Below, one piece after another: positions 61,190-64,000 of a stretch of DNA of 64,000 nt. The notes beneath the pieces were generated by a model. That model worked only from the letters and a program-made list of their open reading frames with translations. It did not search any database and was not told where the DNA came from. Source of the DNA: Octopus bimaculoides (lineage: Eukaryota); the NCBI RefSeq assembly GCF_001194135.2, contig NC_068982.1, positions 130,891,218-130,955,217 on the forward strand. The letters run 5' to 3'. Within the stretch, counting starts at the first letter, position 1. Every line of letters begins with the position of its first letter. The position numbers were made by a program, and so were the translations under genes.

Positions 61190-61690
61190 TATAGAGGTGT
61201 AGGCTGTGGTGGTGATAGCTGTGGTAGTGGTAATTGTAAGTTGAATTACTGCAATGGTGGTGGAGGTATAAATGGTTATTGTTGTCGTGGTTATTCGGGT
61301 AGTGCTAGTTGCTATGATGCAAGGCACTATCGTGGAAGTTGTTGTTGTAGAGATGGTGGTTGTAGACACAATGGTAGTGATTGTAATTAAAATGGAAGGT
61401 TTGAGGAAAAGGAAGTCGTCTTCACGACGCGATTATGGTGGTTTTGGTAGAAGAGATTATGGTGAAAATTTTGATGAACGTGGGAGAGAAGGTTGCATTT
61501 GTGAGGTCGATGTGAAAGTTGCATTTGTTTTCACTGTTATTGTGATCACCGTGAAGCTGCTGTAGATGTGGTCCTTGTTATTGTAGTGGTGTTGATTATT
61601 ATTGGCATGATATCACCTATGGTGTGATACTGTTGTTGCTACTGCTGTTGTTGTTGCTGGTTGTAGTGGTGATATTAGTGCTGTTTTTGT
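61190..61690. repeat. Degenerate (GGT/GTT/GAT)n low-complexity tract
   Basis: Three-base periodicity with T at every third position. Confidence 0.7.
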
Positions 61691-62479
61691 GGCTTAGTCC
61701 TCAACTTTACCCTCACTGAGCAGACATGATGAAAACAACCAAACTGGAATCATCCCGTCTTTTTATATAACTGACTACATGTGTCCTCTTCTGAGATGGT
61801 CGGATGATTTGGGCGATGGAGAATTTGGCTGTAATATCTAGTGGATCGAAAGACCACGTAGATGCTCCCTTGCTAGTGTTTGTGGTAATAGATATTAAAT
61901 GGCGACATTTGTTGCGAATATTGTGATGGCAGTGACAGTTGTGGTGGTGTTTGTTGCGATGGAGAGTGTTACGTAAGTTGGACAGAATTGTCAACATGTT
62001 ACTGAAGAATCAGAAAGATATAACGATTATTCATGTTGATGGTAATTTTGGTTATAGTTTATGTCAAAGATGGATGGTACTGGGGTGGATATTTTCATGG
62101 TTAGTATTTTATTGTTATCGTTTAGACCAAGTTCAAAGCTGATCGAATAGATATATGGTTGCTGTTGTGACCATCATATCTCTTAGTATATCAAGGACTA
62201 CACTGTCCAAAGTATCGCTTTGTTAAATCTAAAAGAGTCTGAATAAATTTGCTACAGTCAGAAAGGTTCAATAAGTACAATCAGTGTTTGAGACATTGAC
62301 ATAAAGGCCAATATATTTTTCTATCGCTTTCTCCCATCATGTAGGAAGGTGACAGTATCTGAGATATGGAACTACGAAGAAAGGGATGCTATCAGTAATC
62401 TACGTTTGTTATTGCCGTACTTGGGTGGCGAAGGGAAAAGGATTTTATTGCAGTAAAACCGAGTTCTTTAATTTTGTCT

Positions 62480-62790
62480 AGGGAGAAGTAGAAAATCTAT
62501 AAAGCATGCAGCCAAGCTAAGGCATTCTTCATACAATCATTGGTGTTGTTACAAAAGGAGAGGGGGAAGAGAGAAAGAGAGTCATGCATTTTTCTGGACA
62601 TTGATGGAGAGCTAAGCAAGAACTCTTAGATAATACGTTACTCTGGACACCCCAACATAAATATACAAGGTGGGGAGGTCATCCAGAAAACCCTTCCTCG
62701 ATCAACACTGTATGGACACATGTTATTGTCCTGTTCATCCCGCAAACGCTATGCACGAATGAGTTTTCCGCATGCAATAAATCAATAGCT
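62480..62790 (+). mobile_element. RTE-clade LINE 3' fragment
   Basis: MHFSGH*WRAKQELLDNTLLWTPQHKYTRWG..PEN.FLDQHCMDTCYCP resembles RFAGHCWR...LLWTP.HG..GRP..T..DQL. Confidence 0.6.
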
Positions 62791-63425
62791 TACAAAGTGC
62801 ACATCATTAGAAGAAAAGGCTGTATAGATACCAGTAAAAGGTCGTTTTGATGTCGGAGTATAAAAATGACAACTACGTTGACAAACAGGCTAGTCTATCC
62901 TGGATCAACAACCAAGTTATTACTTTCCCTTTGTAATACAGAAACAGAAAATATCCACAAACTACCAGATGCACGAAAGAGGCAGGGATGCAAATAAATC
63001 ACGTAGATGCGGCATCTAATGCAGGTTTTGTGAAATTAACATTGAGGATGTCACTTGTTTCATAAGCTGCTGCTCGAAAATATCCTAATGGTAATACTTA
63101 CCTATGAGATATGATGACATGGTTTCAACACTATAATATGAAATCCGTAGATAGGATAATTCTTAGAAAGCTATAGTGATGCGGAAAGCATATCGAAACA
63201 TAATTAGAAAGAATGCTGGTGGAATATTCCTGTAAAGACATCAATAAAATGTAAGTACAGCAAATCAAAAGTAATGATTCGGGACAGAGAAAAGAACTAT
63301 GCCTAGTAGTTTAAATCGGGTACCCAGCAGATATCAACATTATGTTAATAAACTTAGTGTAAAAGAGAACGTGTGCTGAACAGATAAGAAATCTGAAGGT
63401 AATTTATCCGAACTAAAATAAATAT

Positions 63426-63511
63426 TGTCAAAATATAATAATGGCGCAAAATGAGCAGCTGTCAAAGTTTACCATGTACCTTACTACAAATTTCATACTC
63501 GACGTCAGACA
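63426..63511 (-). mobile_element. Solo terminal fragment of the mariner family at 35960-36402
   Basis: TGTCAAAATATAAT...AAGTTTACCAT..AC.TTACTACAAATTTCATACT.GACG.CAGACA is shared with 36327-36408. Confidence 0.75.
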
Positions 63512-63916
63512 TCTATATATATAGATTAGAGACAGGTGTTCTTTATATAGTATACACTTCGAAGTACTCGAGATTTGAACTTGAGCCGGTAGATGTAATG
63601 AAAAGCAAGTTAGGCAAGTCGATTCACACAGAATGTTAAATACATTTAATAGAAAGAATGTACATGTGTATAGATATAAAATAGTCCGACTTACACAGAA
63701 TATATTATCGGATAATGGATCCAAGTAACTATCATTAATTAGGACCACCAAGCCCTCAGAAACAGCTGTTGGACTCATAAAACTCTACCCATTTAACTTC
63801 TGATATCATTTATATTCTGTAAGTCGGACTATTTTATATCTACACACATGTACATTTTTTCTATTAAATGTATTTAGTATTCTGCGTAGATCGACTTGTT
63901 TAACTACATCTACTAA

Positions 63917-63919
<3 letters not shown>

Positions 63920-63954
<35 letters not shown>

Positions 63955-64000
63955 TGTATGTATATATATATATAAGTGTGTGTGTGTGTGTGTGTGTGTG
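63920..64000. repeat. (AT)n/(GT)n microsatellite
   Basis: Directly visible. Confidence 0.97.

Overview
AT-rich eukaryotic genomic DNA from a gapped assembly (five N runs). The SINE families and the microsatellite load look like coleoid cephalopod DNA, most likely Octopus; this is inferred from my recognition of the repeats, not from a search. I find no convincing host protein-coding exon, rRNA, intact tRNA, CRISPR array or prokaryotic feature, and most ORFs in the track are microsatellite or SINE artefacts. The window is a transposon graveyard. It holds about 30 copies of a tRNA-headed SINE (family A), about 10 pieces of a second SINE (family B) and one copy of a third. It also holds decayed mariner, pogo/Tigger, hAT-type and Helitron ends, and remnants of R4/Dong-like, Tx1/L1-like, CR1/L2-like and RTE LINEs. 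The most interesting signals are four. (1) At least five minimal type I hammerhead ribozyme motifs, one near-intact, sit in short modules anchored on (TA)n tracts; their stems differ in sequence but stay paired, consistent with Penelope-like terminal repeats. (2) Four R4/Dong-like LINE fragments form a chain joined at (TAA)n tails. (3) SINE copies repeatedly insert into the tail of an earlier copy, and one subfamily has an alternative tail whose probable LINE donor is visible at 31.7-33.0 kb. (4) A mariner derivative is built from two inverted 5' ends. Boundaries of decayed elements are approximate (about +/-20 bp).
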